This document shows positions 34,358 to 47,207 of a stretch of 64,000 bases of DNA, piece after piece. Position 1 is the stretch's first letter, and each line of letters starts with the position of its first letter. Origin of the DNA: Scyliorhinus canicula. Its lineage: Eukaryota. A model generated the notes under the pieces. It made no database searches, was not told where the DNA came from, and saw nothing but the letters and a program-made list of their open reading frames with translations. The stretch lies in NCBI RefSeq assembly GCF_902713615.1, contig NC_052164.1:8905088-8969087 (forward strand), read 5' to 3'. Made by a program: the position numbers and the translations under genes.

Positions 34358-35485
34358 CTGCCAAGTTTTGCCTCCTCACTTTATCTGCATCCCTTTGTAG
34401 ATTCTTTACCTCTTGACAACTTACTTTCCTACCTATCTTTATGTCATCGGTAAATTTAGCCACTTGCAGTCAGTCCCTTCTTCCAAGTCATCGATAAGAT
34501 AGGATAGTAAATGTTTGAGGTCCTGGTACTGATCCTTGTGGCACTCCACTCGTTACAGATTGCCAAAAAGGACTCATTTATTCCTACTGTCTGCTTCCTA
34601 TTAGCTAACCAATCCTTTATGCATGCCCTTATGTTACCCCCTACACCATGTGCTCTTATCTTGTATAGTAGCCTTTGATGGACACCGTGGCAAATACCTG
34701 TAGCAAATCCAGATTCACCACATCAGGTTCCCCTTTATGCACCTAGTTACTTCTTCAAAGAACTCTCATAACTTAGTTAAACTCGGGCAGCACGGTGGCA
34801 CAGTGGTTAGCACTACTGCCTCAGAGCACTGAGGACACGGGTTCGATCCCGGTTCACTGTCCCTGTGGAGTTTGCAAATTCTCCCCGTGTTAGCTTGGCT
34901 CTCACCCGCACAACCCAAAAAGATATGCAGGGTAGGTGGATTGACCATGCTATATTGCTCCTTAATTGGGAAAAATAAACAAATTAATTAGTTAAACACA
35001 ATTTCCCTTTCACAAAATCCCTACTCTGCCTGATCTCATTATGATTTTCTATATATACTGCTATAACCTCCCTAATAATGGATTCCAGCAATTTCCTATG
35101 GCAGATGTTAAACCGTCTATAGTTTCCTGATTTAAAAAAAACAATTAGAGTACCCAATTATTTTTTTTTCCAATAAAGGGGCAATTTAGCGTGACCAATC
35201 CACCTAACCTGCACATCTTTGGGTTGTGGGGGTGAAACCCACGCAGACACGGGGAGAATGTGCAAACTCCACATGAACAGTGACCCAGGGCAGGGTTTCA
35301 AACCTGGGTCCTCTGCACCGCAGTCCCAGTGCTAACCGCTGCGCCACGTGCCGCCCCTAGTTTCCTGCTTTATGACTTCTTTCTTGTAGAAACGTGTCAC
35401 ATTTGCTATTTTCCAAACTGCTAGAACCCTTCCAGAATGTAAGGAAATTTGGAAGGTTATAACCAATGCCTCTACTGCAGCATTG
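34358..35485 (-). mobile_element. CR1 RT fragment (antisense) with two nested family B SINEs (34785-34987 +, 35130-35356 -)
   Basis: AKFTDDIKIGRKVSCQEVKNLQRD (decayed FADD); TSDs ttagttaaac (34773/34988) and tagtttcctg (35120/35358). Confidence 0.85.
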
Positions 35486-36682
35486 CAGGATGTGCAGACT
35501 CTGCACAGACAGTGACCCAAGCCAGAATCGAACCTGGGACCCTGGAGCTGTGAAGCGATTGTGCTATCCACAATGCTACCGTGCTGCCCCCAGAGTACTA
35601 CAGTTGACTTGCGAGGCTGTGTGTTAATGAGAATAAAATCAATCATGTTCCTGCTCCTGGATGCAGTGCAGCATCCAATTTTGGATGGGTGTACTTTAAA
35701 GTGAATGTTAGCAGAGAACCAGCTCCAGTTTGACTGTGGGTACCCTCTCTACCCAGCAGCGGTGGACACACTTTTGAAGCCTGCGTTAAGACAGTTAAGA
35801 GTAGACCACATTGATGAGCGATTAGGAACCACATTAAGCCATTGGGCCTGTCCTGCCACCATTCAATGAGGACAGGGCTGATCTGTATCCTAACTCCATC
35901 CAATAAATTGTTTTTTAGATGTTACTTTAGACCTAATTTTAGTTAATGCACCAAAATAGTTTGCGTATGAATTAATCCACCACTTGGTTTCTCTTTCCAA
36001 ATTTGTTCTTGAAGGTATTTTGATTTAAAGAGAGGCAAGACTATCTCCTGCGCCAGTCTTCTATGCAGATTCATTTAACTACATCCATTTGCATTTATAT
36101 TGGCTTTGAATGTAGGAAACATCCCAAGGCACTTCACAGGAGCCTGATCAAACAAAAGTTGACAATGAACCGAAGGAGCATTAACAAGGGGTGTCTGAAA
36201 GTTTGGTCAAATGATACATTTTAAAGGGAGTTTAGAGAGGAGGTAGAGAGAGTTTAAAGAGATTTCTAGTGCTTGCTACCTAGATAGCTGGAAGGCTCAG
36301 CCAGCAATGGTGGGAAGGGACTGGGAAATTGTAGGACCATGGAGCTTAAAAAGCATGAGGGAGTATCCTTCTGCTTAAAACTCTGAACCTTTATGGAAAT
36401 ACTTAAACTGGATGATGCTATTTCTGGTCTCTTTACAATCCGGACAAGCTCCAGATGGTTTGGCGATGGAACCAACCATTGTACCCGAGTGGCCTCATTT
36501 ATCTTGGTGACATCTGCAGTTTTGGATCAGACCTGAGAGCTGATCAGGAGTCTCCCAACAACCTACTAGCTAACATGCTATGCTACTGAGTCTACACAGA
36601 GCTCGCTAACGCCATTTCTCTCACTTCTGCATTTCAGGTTCACTCGCTAGATGCCACATTTAGTGAATGCTTTTCTGACTTT

Positions 36683-36918
36683 TTTAAAGTACCCAATTCT
36701 TTTTTTTTCCCCCCCCCCCCCCCCCCCCCCCAATTAAGGGGCAATTTAGCGTGGCCAATCTACCTACCCTGCACATCTTTGGGTTGTGGGGGTGAGACCC
36801 ACACAGACACAGGGAGAATGTACAAACTCCACACGGACAGTGACCCAGGGCCAGGATCAAACCCGGGTCCTTGGCACCGTGAGGCAGAAGTGCTGACCAC
36901 TGCGCCACCGTGCCACCC
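36683..36918 (-). mobile_element. Family B SINE with 14-bp TSD
   Basis: TSD gcttttctgacttt at 36669-36682 and 36920-36933. Confidence 0.92.
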
Positions 36919-37015
36919 AGCTTTTCTGACTTTCTGGAGGTGAATTGAGTACTGTTCTTTTGTTGGGTTGAAGTAGTCCACTGCTTTTGATGCTCATATC
37001 CATTTTATTTTCTAG

Positions 37016-37123
37016 TTCACAGCGTCTCAAATTCAGGTTGAACCTGTATGAATTAAAAGAAGGAAGACAGATCAAACCGAAAACATTTATGAGCATGGTC
37101 TCAAACCTTCTCTATGAGCGACG
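37016..37123 (+). CDS. PSMB3: PSMB3 exon 3
   Basis: tctag|[38 protein letters not shown]|gtaggt; 108 nt, phase 2/2. Confidence 0.98.
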
Positions 37124-37569
37124 GTAGGTTAAGTACTCCAAATGTTTGATCTTATATGGAGTAGTATTGTCTGATTCTCAAATATGAAGTTGCATTGTAA
37201 AAGAAGCACAAATGCATGTAACAGAATTTACCAATGTACAACCTCCTCATCAAATTTTCTTGGTCGTGAGATTTTTGAGGCATGTTAGCTGAGCAGAAGA
37301 GGAGCGATTGTGGCCTGTAAATGTGGCGTGCGATTTGTCACTGTGATACTTCTTTTGGGGGGGGGGGGGGGTAGAGAAATGCTGAGCTACATTGGCATAG
37401 GTCTGCCATGAGGCGCCACAACTGATTGGGATCCAGTGTCATTCATTGTGCAATTCACTGTACCCCAGTTGCCAGTTTCTGGGCGAAGTCTGTGCCTCAA
37501 AATGTCTCTCACCATAATGACTTTTGTGATGTAGGTTTCTGTTCTCATAATTACTTTTCACCACTTCAG

Positions 37570-37747
37570 ATTTGGCCCATACTACGTTGAACCAGTGATT
37601 GCAGGACTTGATCCAAAAACATATCAACCGTTTATTTGTTCACTTGACTTAATTGGCTGCCCGATGGAGACTGAAGACTTTGTGGTGAGCGGAACGTGCT
37701 CTGAACAAATGTACGGCATGTGCGAGTCCCTTTGGATACCAGACATG
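37570..37747 (+). CDS. PSMB3: PSMB3 exon 4
   Basis: ttcag|[60 protein letters not shown]|gtgagt; 178 nt. Confidence 0.98.
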
Positions 37748-37849
37748 GTGAGTGCTTCCTGCCTCTCTTTTAATTTAGCACAAATGATTACTGAAGGGCT
37801 GAGCTGGCACTGAATTTGTCCTGCAGTAAGGATCTTTACAGCTTGATCA

Positions 37850-39060
37850 GGAAATGGGTAGTGGGGGAGGTGTCGGATGCAGACAGCGTCATGTAAGGAT
37901 ACAATTTAAGGGTCACTGCTAATGGTGCCTTTGCCGTTCTCGCCAACCAGGTACTCCACAAGCCCAGTAGTGGTGGCTGCCCTGAGGGTGTGGGGACAGT
38001 GGTGGAAGCACATGGGGCTGGAGGGGACATCGGTGTGGGCACCGATATGCGGCAATCACCGGTTTTCACCGGGGGGCTGGATGGGGGGCTTCAGGGGTGG
38101 GAGAGGGCAGGGATTGAGCGGTTTGGGGATCTGTTTATAGCTGGGGACTTTCCGTGTTTGAAAGAGTTGGAGGAGTTTGAGCTGCCCGATGGGAATGGGT
38201 TTCGCTATTTGCAGGTGAGGGACTTTGTCTGGAGGCAGGTATCCCACACCTAACACCCCAGGGACTACAGGATAAGGTAGTGTCGAAAGCGGGAGTGGGG
38301 GAGGTATCGGAAATCTATAAAGAGCTTATGAATTGGGAGGGAGTCCCGATAAGGGAGGTGGTGTGGAAGCGGAAGGAGGTGTTGGGTGGGAAGTTGGAGG
38401 CAGGGTTATGGGAAGATGCCCGGAGGCGTGTCAATGCATCCTGGCCGTGTGCTTGGCTTAGCCTAATACAATTTGAGGTGGTCCACAGGGTGCACATGAC
38501 TGTGACTTGGATGAGCAGGTTCTTTGAAGGGGTGGAGGACAGGTGTGGGTGGGCCTGCAAATCATGTCCACGTGTTTTGGACATGTCCGAAACTTCGGCG
38601 ATTCTGGCAGGGGATTACAGATGTCATGTCGGAGGTACTGAAGGTAAGGGTGGTTCCAAGTCCAGAGGTGCCGATTTTTGGTGTGTCAGAAGACTTGGGA
38701 GTCCAGGGGGCGAGAGAGGCCGATGTCTTGGGGTTTGCCTCCCTGGTAGTCCGGAGACGGATCTCACTAGCATGGAGAGACGCGGAGCCGTTGAAGTCGG
38801 GAGTACAGGTTAGCGACGTGGCTGGGTTTCTCAGGCTTGAGAAGATCAAGTTCATCCTGAGGAGATCGATGCTAGGATTTGCCCGGAGATGGCAGCCATT
38901 TATCGAAAATTAAGCTGCCAGCAGTGGTGATGGGGGGGGGGGCGTGGTTTTTAGAGAGTTGTTTATATAAGCCATGTTGACTGGGTTTTGTTGGGTGTGG
39001 GGTTGCTTATTCTGTTAAAATTTATGATATAAATTCCATATAATATTTTTCTAAAACAAA
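37850..39060 (+). mobile_element. 5'-truncated L1-clade LINE (ORF2 C-terminal Cys/His domain plus 3' UTR) with TSD
   Basis: SLIQFEVVHRVHMT..EDRCG / ANHVHVFWTCPKLRRFWQGI (fish L1 C-terminal motif, frameshifted); TSD atctttacagct at 37832-37843 and 39061-39072. Confidence 0.85.
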
Positions 39061-39339
39061 ATCTTTACAGCTGATGAGAGTATGCACTAAAATCTTTCTC
39101 TGTAAATTCTTTCTCCTATTCCCTCGTCCGATGCTCTCCTGTCTTGAAGGGAGTGATTTACACTGAGGTACAGTTCGATTGATACTGGTAACTTTACAGT
39201 ATCTCACCCAAATGGCCATTCTTCTTGTGTGAACCTAGACAGTCATTGTTGACAGGTCACTCACTTGTCCTGAGTTTGGACCAGTTACCTACCATCTGAT
39301 ATCTACACACCTGTAAGGCCACTGGATAGAATTGAAACC

Positions 39340-39752
39340 AATTAATTTTTTTCCAATTAAGGGGCAATGTAGCGTGTTCAATCCACCTACCTTGCACATC
39401 TTTGGGTTGTGGGGCGAAACCTACCCAAACTCGGAGAATGTGCAAACTCCACAAGGTCAGTGACACAGAGCCGGGACCTCGGTGCCGTGAGGCAAAAGGG
39501 CTAACCCACTGCGCCACCGTGCTGTCCCTTGAAACCTTAACTTGACGGGTGACATGGCGGCGCAGTGGTTAGCACTGCGGCCTCGCGGCGCCGAGGACCC
39601 GGGTCACAGTCCATGTGGAGTTTGCACATTCTCCCCCTGTCTGCGTGGGTTTCACCCCCACAACTCAAAGATGTGCAGGCTAGGTAAATTAGCCATGCTA
39701 AATTGCCCCTTAATTGGGGAAAAAAAAATTGGGTACTCTAAATTTAAAAGAA
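39340..39752. mobile_element. Two head-to-head family B SINEs (39340-39528 -, 39546-39752 +)
   Basis: TSDs ttgaaacc (39332/39529) and tgaaaccttaa(c/g)ttga (39530/39753). Confidence 0.9.
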
Positions 39753-39967
39753 TGAAACCTTAAGTTGATTCCTCAACACCGTAACTCCACACACTCACCA
39801 AGCCAGCATTGAGGAAACCCCAAATTATTTGCAGTTCAATTAGTTCCACATAGACCCAGGTTTAGCCTGAGACTTCCATGAATGGTATGGCTCAATGGTA
39901 CATCAGGTAGGGTCTCTTACCAATTGAACCAGTCAATGAAATGGACTTTAGATATATAATTGGCAAT

Positions 39968-40980
39968 CAGTAGCTAGTGGTGTCGCTCAGGGATCCATGT
40001 TGGGCCCACAATTGTTCACAATTTACATAGATGATTTGGAGTTGGGGACCACGGGTAATGTGTCCAAGTTTGCAGATGACACCAAGATGTTTAGTAAGAT
40101 GTAAAGCGAAAAGTGCAGAGGATACTGGAAGTCTGCAGAGGGATTTGGATAGGTTAAGTGAATGGGCTAGGGTCTGGCAGATGGAATACAATGTTGACAA
40201 ATGTGAGGTTATCCATTTTGGTAGGAATAACAGCAAACGGGACTATTATTTAAACAATAAAATATTAAAGCATGCTGCTGTGTAGAGAGACCTGGGTGTG
40301 CTAGTGCATGAGTCACAGGAAGTTGGTTTACAGGTGCAACAGGTGATTAAGAAGGTAAATGGAATTTTGTCCTTCATTGCTAGAGGTATGGAGTTTAAGA
40401 CTAGGGAAGTTATGCTGTAATTGTATAAGGTGCTAGTGAGGCCACACCTGGAGTATTGTGTTCAGTTTTGGTCTCCTGGAGGGTGTGCAGAGGAGATTCA
40501 CTAGGTTAATCCCAGAGCTGAAGGGGTTGGATTACGAGGAGAGGTTGAGTAGACTGGGGCTGTACCCGTTGGAATTTAGAAGGATGAGGGGGGATCTTAT
40601 AGAAACATAAATTTATGAAGGGAATAGATAGGATAGATGCGGGTAGGTTGTTTCCACTGCCGGGTGAAAGCAGAACTAGGGGGTATAGCCTCAGAATAAG
40701 GGGAAGTAGATTTAGGACTGAGTTTAAGAGGAACTTCTTCACCCAAAGGGTTGTGAATCTATGGAATTCCTTGCCCAGTGAAGCAGTTGAGGCTCCTTCA
40801 TTAAATGTTTTTAAGGTAAAGATAGATAGTTTTTTGAAGAATAAAGGGATTAAGGGTGATGGTGTTCGGGCCGGAAAGTGGAGCTGGGTCCACAAAAGAT
40901 CAGCCATGATCTCATTGAATGGTGGAGCAGGCTCGAGGGGCCATATGGCCTACTCCTGCTCCTAGTTTCTTATGTTCTTA
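39968..40980 (+). mobile_element. Relatively young 5'-truncated CR1 (RT end to 3' tail), with stops and frameshifts
   Basis: [54 protein letters not shown]; tail tttcttatgttctta. Confidence 0.95.
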
Positions 40981-41359
40981 TAATGCAAGGGTGGCTAATT
41001 CAGTGTTCTGTTAGATGGGGTTGCTATGTTACAGACATGAAAATCTCACACAAAGCTTCAATCCACCACTGTGAAGTATTGGATGGCCGGGGCCATCTGT
41101 TTATCTTTACAAAGTACATAAAGATACAGCAGATCCCAAGTACTTTTTCAGTGCATGACTTGAATGACACTGGACTTTTACTCCAGGCAGCATTAAGCTC
41201 TGAGAGATTTGAGATGGCCTTCCTAGGGGATCATGTACCTTGCGTTCTAATGCCCTGATATTTGCACTGTCTCTTTGCAGCAAATTAAATACACCATTAA
41301 CGAAACATAAAACTTCTTTATACAGCAGTATTCATGTCCTATGCTAACATACCAAATGA

Positions 41360-41470
<111 letters not shown>

Positions 41471-42376
41471 TGAGTTTGGAACACTTATTTGCACTTACTC
41501 GTTTCAACCTTTCTGTAACCGCACTCCTTTTGTGCTAGTTTAACACAAGTCATTAGATAAACGAGTTAGCAATGGAGGAAGGAAATGTCAGTGTGCATCA
41601 AGCTGTGGGTGCTACCAAAAGTAATTACACCTTTGGCTTGCTAGGTGGTGGTTCTGGACCAAAATTAATCCATTTGACTCTGCAGGTTCTCTCATTTATA
41701 TCCATGAGTGAGTGGGCTGGCCTGATGCATGCTCAGGACTTAACCAAAAACAGGTTTTTTGAGTTTGTGTCACAGTGGAATAGATTTGTGTCCAGCTCTT
41801 GCATCACACTTTATTATTACGGATTATGTTCACCAAACTGATTCCGAGGAATCCTCCTGTGAAGGAAGATAGAGTAGACCACCAGGCCTATATTCCCTAG
41901 AGTTTTGAAGAATGAGAGCTAATCCTGTTGAAACACAACATTCTTTAGGGGTTTGTCGATAGATGCTGGGAGGATATTTCTCCTCGGTGAGGATATTATC
42001 CTCTGGGGTCACAATCAAAGAATTAAGGAGTTGATCGTATAGGACGGAGGTGAGAAGACATTTCTTCAAAGGTCGGGGTTTTTCTGGCCTTGTGGCGGTG
42101 TGAATGGAAGGGGTGGGGTTTGGTAAGATTGTGTTGGCAGTCTTGCTGTTGGCAAGGCAGGCTTGAGACTGCTTTTTGGTCTCTATAATTGGGGATCCTG
42201 AAGGAGGCAGGACAACCCACCCCAAGGGGTTCTGGACCTTTCAAATTCTCTATTGTGTTGGGCTGTGGCAGTTCAATCACGAGCATTTCAGAACTGAGAT
42301 TAATAGAATTTTGGACATTAAGGGATATGGGCATTGTGTGGGTAAGATAAGTTGAGATAGAAGATCAGCTAGGATA

Positions 42377-42600
42377 GGGGCAGCACGGTGGCTTAGTGGT
42401 TAGCACTGCTGCCTCACTGTGGTGAGGTCCCAGGTTCGATCCTGGCTCTGGGTCACTGTCCGTGTGGAGTTTGCACATTCTCCCCGTGTCTGCTTGGGTT
42501 CATCCCCACAATCCAAAGATGTGCAGGGTAAGTGGATTGGCCACGCTAAATTGCCCCTTAATTGGAAAAAATGAGTTGGGTACTCTAAATTTTTTTAAAA
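42377..42600 (+). mobile_element. Family B SINE inserted in a decayed CR1 3' end (about 41850-42680)
   Basis: Full head, core and tail; flanks agctaggat / agctatgat. Confidence 0.88.
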
Positions 42601-43287
42601 AGCTATGATCTTGAGAGTCCGAGAAGAGGCGAGGGATTGAATGGCCAACTCCTATTTCACATGTCAAATATTTTAAAGTTAAAATAAGTTTCATAGATGC
42701 CAGGCTGGATCATCTCACTCTAAAACTGTTTTTTCACAATACTGTCTCAATTGTGATGTCTCCCATAAAACAGAGAGAGGTTATCATACATGGACTCTGT
42801 TCAATTCATAGTATGTGAGGAGAGGGAGAGAGAATTATTTATGTTAAGCTGTCAGCAGCCTGATTGCTCAAACAAACAATCTGCAACTTCTGCAGATAGA
42901 GCTGCATTAATGACATTACTCGGGAGGAATGAGCATGGGTATGAAGTGGAGAATTGTTTGATTGCCTTAGAATGACAGGGAACAGAAGTAGGCCTATTCT
43001 GCGCGTGCAACCCTCTGAAACAGCAATCCAAGTAGTCCCACTACCATGCTCTTAAAAAAAAATATCCAGTTCCTTGTTGAATACTATTGAATCTGCAGTC
43101 CAAATCAGACCTCGCTGGGTTTAAATAAAAACTCCCCCTGATTCCGAGTTTTTTTTGTCAATTATGAAATATCCTCTGGTTACCAGCCTTTCTGTTCCAT
43201 GCACGAGGGAGACCAGTGCAGCATGGAGATCTAGTATATGTGTTTTGTTATATTCTATGAGACTTACCATTGTTGTTTTCGTTGCAG

Positions 43288-43336
43288 TGAAAAAGACAAG
43301 ATTACCACCAGAACATTAAAAGCTCGAATGGATTAA
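43288..43336 (+). CDS. PSMB3: PSMB3 exon 6 (C-terminus and stop)
   Basis: tgcag|T-EKDKITTRTLKARMD-TAA; exon lengths 3+185+108+178+95+49 = 618 nt = 205 aa plus stop. Confidence 0.98.
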
Positions 43337-43504
43337 AAACAAAACCTCCGCAACAAACTTTGCAATACAACCTTCTTGGGTGTGTGTAGTTTTCTGTTCC
43401 GATGCACGTAAAATAGGAGGAAAGTGTCCGTGGAATCAAGATAATTTGAATGGAATAACTTTTCATATTATATTTGATGGTCATTGAGTATTCTGTTTAT
43501 ATGT

Positions 43505-43516
43505 AATAAAAATAAA
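43505..43516 (+). terminator. PSMB3: PSMB3 polyadenylation signal (two tandem AATAAA)
   Basis: aataaaaataaa about 170 nt after the stop, with GT-rich sequence downstream. Confidence 0.8.
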
Positions 43517-44611
43517 CTAGTTATATTACTGGTAACGTGATCTATTTCCTACTGTGAGTGTGGTCTGCCATAAGAAAGCATGTTGATCTTCATAGGGATA
43601 TATAATGACCAAGAAGACATTGCGGAGAACACCCCTGCTCTTCAAAAAAATAGCCGCGAGATATTTTATGTCCACTAAGAGAGTAGGCAGGGACTTGGCT
43701 TAATATCTCACTCATCCGAAAGAAAGCCAAAATCCACTTCTTCCCAATTTAAATGGGGGGGGGGGGGATCATCCTTAAAAGTCCATGACCTCTGAAAATA
43801 AGAGGTTGGAAAGATCCAGCTGTACTTGGCTGAGTGATGACAGATGTTGGGAGAGTTAACCATCATCCAATTGTACCAGCGAGCTTTTACAAAAATGTTT
43901 TTTTATTTGTAAGCTTTGGTATTACTGCAGCGAGTTTAAATGCTGCATCACCATGACTCCCAAACACAGCATTACAAATTATTACAGTCAAACTCTGATA
44001 AATGCATAACTGGTCTAACCAAAAGTCTCGCACGTAATGATCATTTCCAGTAGGGAACAGGCAGATGTTCAAATTTGAATGTGTGTTACATTTGAACCTA
44101 AATGAAACCTCTACATGGGTTAGGGGCTAATATGGTGGAAGATCGACCACCCACAGAAGCCGGTTAGTCCCTCTTCATTTTCAGGTTCTAATCACGAGAT
44201 CTTTAATTTTCTTGACAATGGCATGCAGACCTCTTCTAAACATCTGAAATAAAAAATCTTGTGCAAGGCAAAATGAGACATCCTGCAGGGTGAGATTGGA
44301 TCAGATATATTAAAGACAACTAACAGGAAATGTGGAAAATTAATGGTGAAGTTCCTGACTTGCCAAAAAAAAAACCAAGATTCTGGCTCTAAGGCAAAAG
44401 CATCGATCGTTCATGGATATAAACTTTGCCCAATGTGCTATATAGGGCCATACAGAACTGGGCAGTCCAACCCTCTGGACAGTGCTTAGTTAGTTGGCTC
44501 CAACATTGATAGGCGGAATGGAAAGGATACCAAAATTGGTCTTCGTTCCAGTGGATGAAACTTTTGATAGGTGGCCACTCCCAGAAATACCCATGGATGG
44601 ACACACTATTC

Positions 44612-44882
44612 ACGGCACGGTAACACAGTGGGTATCACTGTTGCTTCACCGCTCCAGGGTCGATTGCCGGATTGGGTCACTGTTTGCATGTTCTCCCTGC
44701 GTCTGTGTGCATTTCCTCCAAAGACATGCAGGTTAGGAGGATTGGCCATGCCAAATTGCCTTGATGTCCAAAAAAGGTTAGGTGGGGTTACGGTGGTGTG
44801 GGCTTAAGGGTGCTCTTTCCAAGGGCTGGGGCAGACTTGATGGGCCGAATGGCCGCCTGCACTATAAATTCTCTGATTCATG
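44612..44882 (+). mobile_element. Family A SINE (decayed)
   Basis: ggcacggtaacacagtgg..atgggccgaatggcc..tgcactataaattctctgattc. Confidence 0.85.
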
Positions 44883-47126
44883 GCTAAACAACCTGCTATT
44901 AGTCACCATCCAGCCTTGTACATGGCAAATGGTCTGGTTGGGTGAGGAGGGAGAGCAGCTACTAGTTGTGGGAACTTTCTCCAGTGAACATCTACAGTGA
45001 TAGGAAGAGAAATTTGTGTGTGTGAGGGGTGAGTAGGGGTTTTTAAAAAAGCACTTTTTAAATGATCTACCACCAAGTTTCTGAAGTTAACAGCAAAGCC
45101 CCCACATCAGCACTGATGAGATTGAAAATACGGGTCCTCCAAATTGTGTGAATAGAACTTTAAAAAGCTCTAATCAGTAATCGGGTGGGCTAAAGAATAA
45201 TTGAACTGCTGTTCAAGTAAAGCATTTTATGCATGGGTTAAGATTATACACAGGAGTTACACCTGCATCAGGAACTCTACTTAAGTGAAAACAAAAAATC
45301 ATTTGGTACTCTGAAAATCAAAGCTTGGATCAGATGTGCACTTACCCTGATGCAACTCAATTTAGACAGTCATTTTAATGTTCCTTTTTTCATCCTTTAC
45401 AATTTTGAATTAGCTACAGCTGCACTAGAATCTCTTATTATAACATACACAGTGCAATGAATTGTACATTTTTTTCCCCCAGCGACATAGGGTGTCAGAA
45501 GATGCGTTTCTATTTATCTCCCGTAATCTTTGCACCTCTAACATCCTACGTCTACTGTTCTCAATTATAAACTTGCCTGATCACTTAATAAAATGGCCAC
45601 TGTCCTTTTAGTAAAGAAGGGTTAAGTATTAAAAACGGTCCATAGAAAATAATAGGTTAGTGAGGGTTCAAACATTAAGTTGTAGTCTCTTCATTGGTTT
45701 TAAACATGTACAAATTAATGTGATCACTTCGTCATCAAGTGCAGACTAAGCTCACACCTTCAGTCTCCCTCCTTTAATATCTGTTATGCTACACATAATT
45801 AACAGCATACATGAAATTCCGTTATTTAAAGGGTTAAAGTGCCAATCAATTCCTTCTATGGTTTCTGCAAGCAACAAATTAAATGTTCAAATTTGCTGCT
45901 TGCTGTTAGCATATTTTGTTTTCATATATCCAGAATGTTCTTTTGAACTAAGACAGCACAATATTGCCACAGCATTTTTGTAATATTTCAGGCTTGTTAA
46001 GGATTCAAAAATTGACAATCAGGTAGTTTTACAAAAACACTACCAAGTAACATTATTGTCACAGCTACCTCTTTGTAACATCAGATTCAACAGCGAATAG
46101 CAATACTTTGTCAAAAGAAATTGAGTCTTTTAAAAACAGTCCCTTACAAAGGAGTTAGCTCTTTAAAAAAAAAATCACTTTTTTACTCATGTCTATTGAC
46201 CTAGCAGACAGAATGACACATCGTCCAAAAAAAAATAGCTTAAAGCACAATTACAGACTGTACTCTCTTAAAAAGCCAAAAAGCTCACATCAAAGTAAAC
46301 GCGAGCCCTCCTGCCAAGTAACAAAAAAAAAGTAAACATTTAGAATACATTAGGAATGCCACAAAGCCAATCGATTTACTCAAGTCACATCTGGTGAACT
46401 GGTGGCCAATCCACAGACAGCCGAGCCAAACACAGGAAATCTGGATATGCGGCATCCTATTGTAAATCTTTGTTTTAGTAAACATTTCCCCTGCCCTCCC
46501 CTACCCACCCACCCTCAACAAACAATAGCTTATATATATATATAGTTGCGTTGGTTTATTGATAACATTGCTAAAGTCCTTTTTTTTGCGATTTAGACAA
46601 TATGGCAACTTAAAACATTTGAGAAACAGTATGGCAAAGGCCCGGCAATGGCGCAACCAGGGCTGGGATGAGTGCAGCGTCACAAAGATACACGCAAACA
46701 TTCCGTGCCTTTGCTCCGTTAGGACAATATACGAATCGTAAAAAAAGTGATTCTTGCCATTGTCAAAGTGCCCGTCGTCCTTCACTGTGTGCAAGTGCCC
46801 ACCTTCTGCTTTTAAGATCGTACAGTACGTCTCATCATGGCTAACGGAGTGCCACTGAAGCTACCGCCAGTAAAGACACACTCAGAATACATGGCAGGGA
46901 AAACTTCAAGAGCAATATAACATTTGAGGCAATGCAGATTTGCCAGCAAGTATCTTTTTTTTTGTTGTGTTTTTGTTGTTTTGTTTCCAAAGGATGCATT
47001 TTGGAGATTAGTTTCTGCACATTGAATACTGCACGCACCACTACAGTGTCCTCAGTTTCCACGTTCCTGCATTTGCTACTCATTGGTAGTCTCTCGTTGT
47101 GCGTGTCACGTGTGTCTGCAGGGGCA

Positions 47127-47207
47127 CTATGTTATGATGTTAGACATAAATTCTAAGAAACGCTTCGAGTACTGTTCTGGGTTAACTGTGGAGATCTCGG
47201 CACCAGC
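47127..47207 (-). CDS. PIP4K2B: PIP4K2B last coding exon
   Basis: ttgcag|[29 protein letters not shown]; 81 nt. Confidence 0.96.
   Translation of the reverse strand, partial: AGAEISTVNPEQYSKRFLEFMSNIIT

Noticed and set aside
34270-35590. SINE body (+, 34270-34350) and SINE head (-, 35487-35590) flanking an antisense CR1, suggesting an inversion that split one SINE
   Set aside because: The halves overlap by about 20 nt and differ at several positions, so two independent fragments are more likely.
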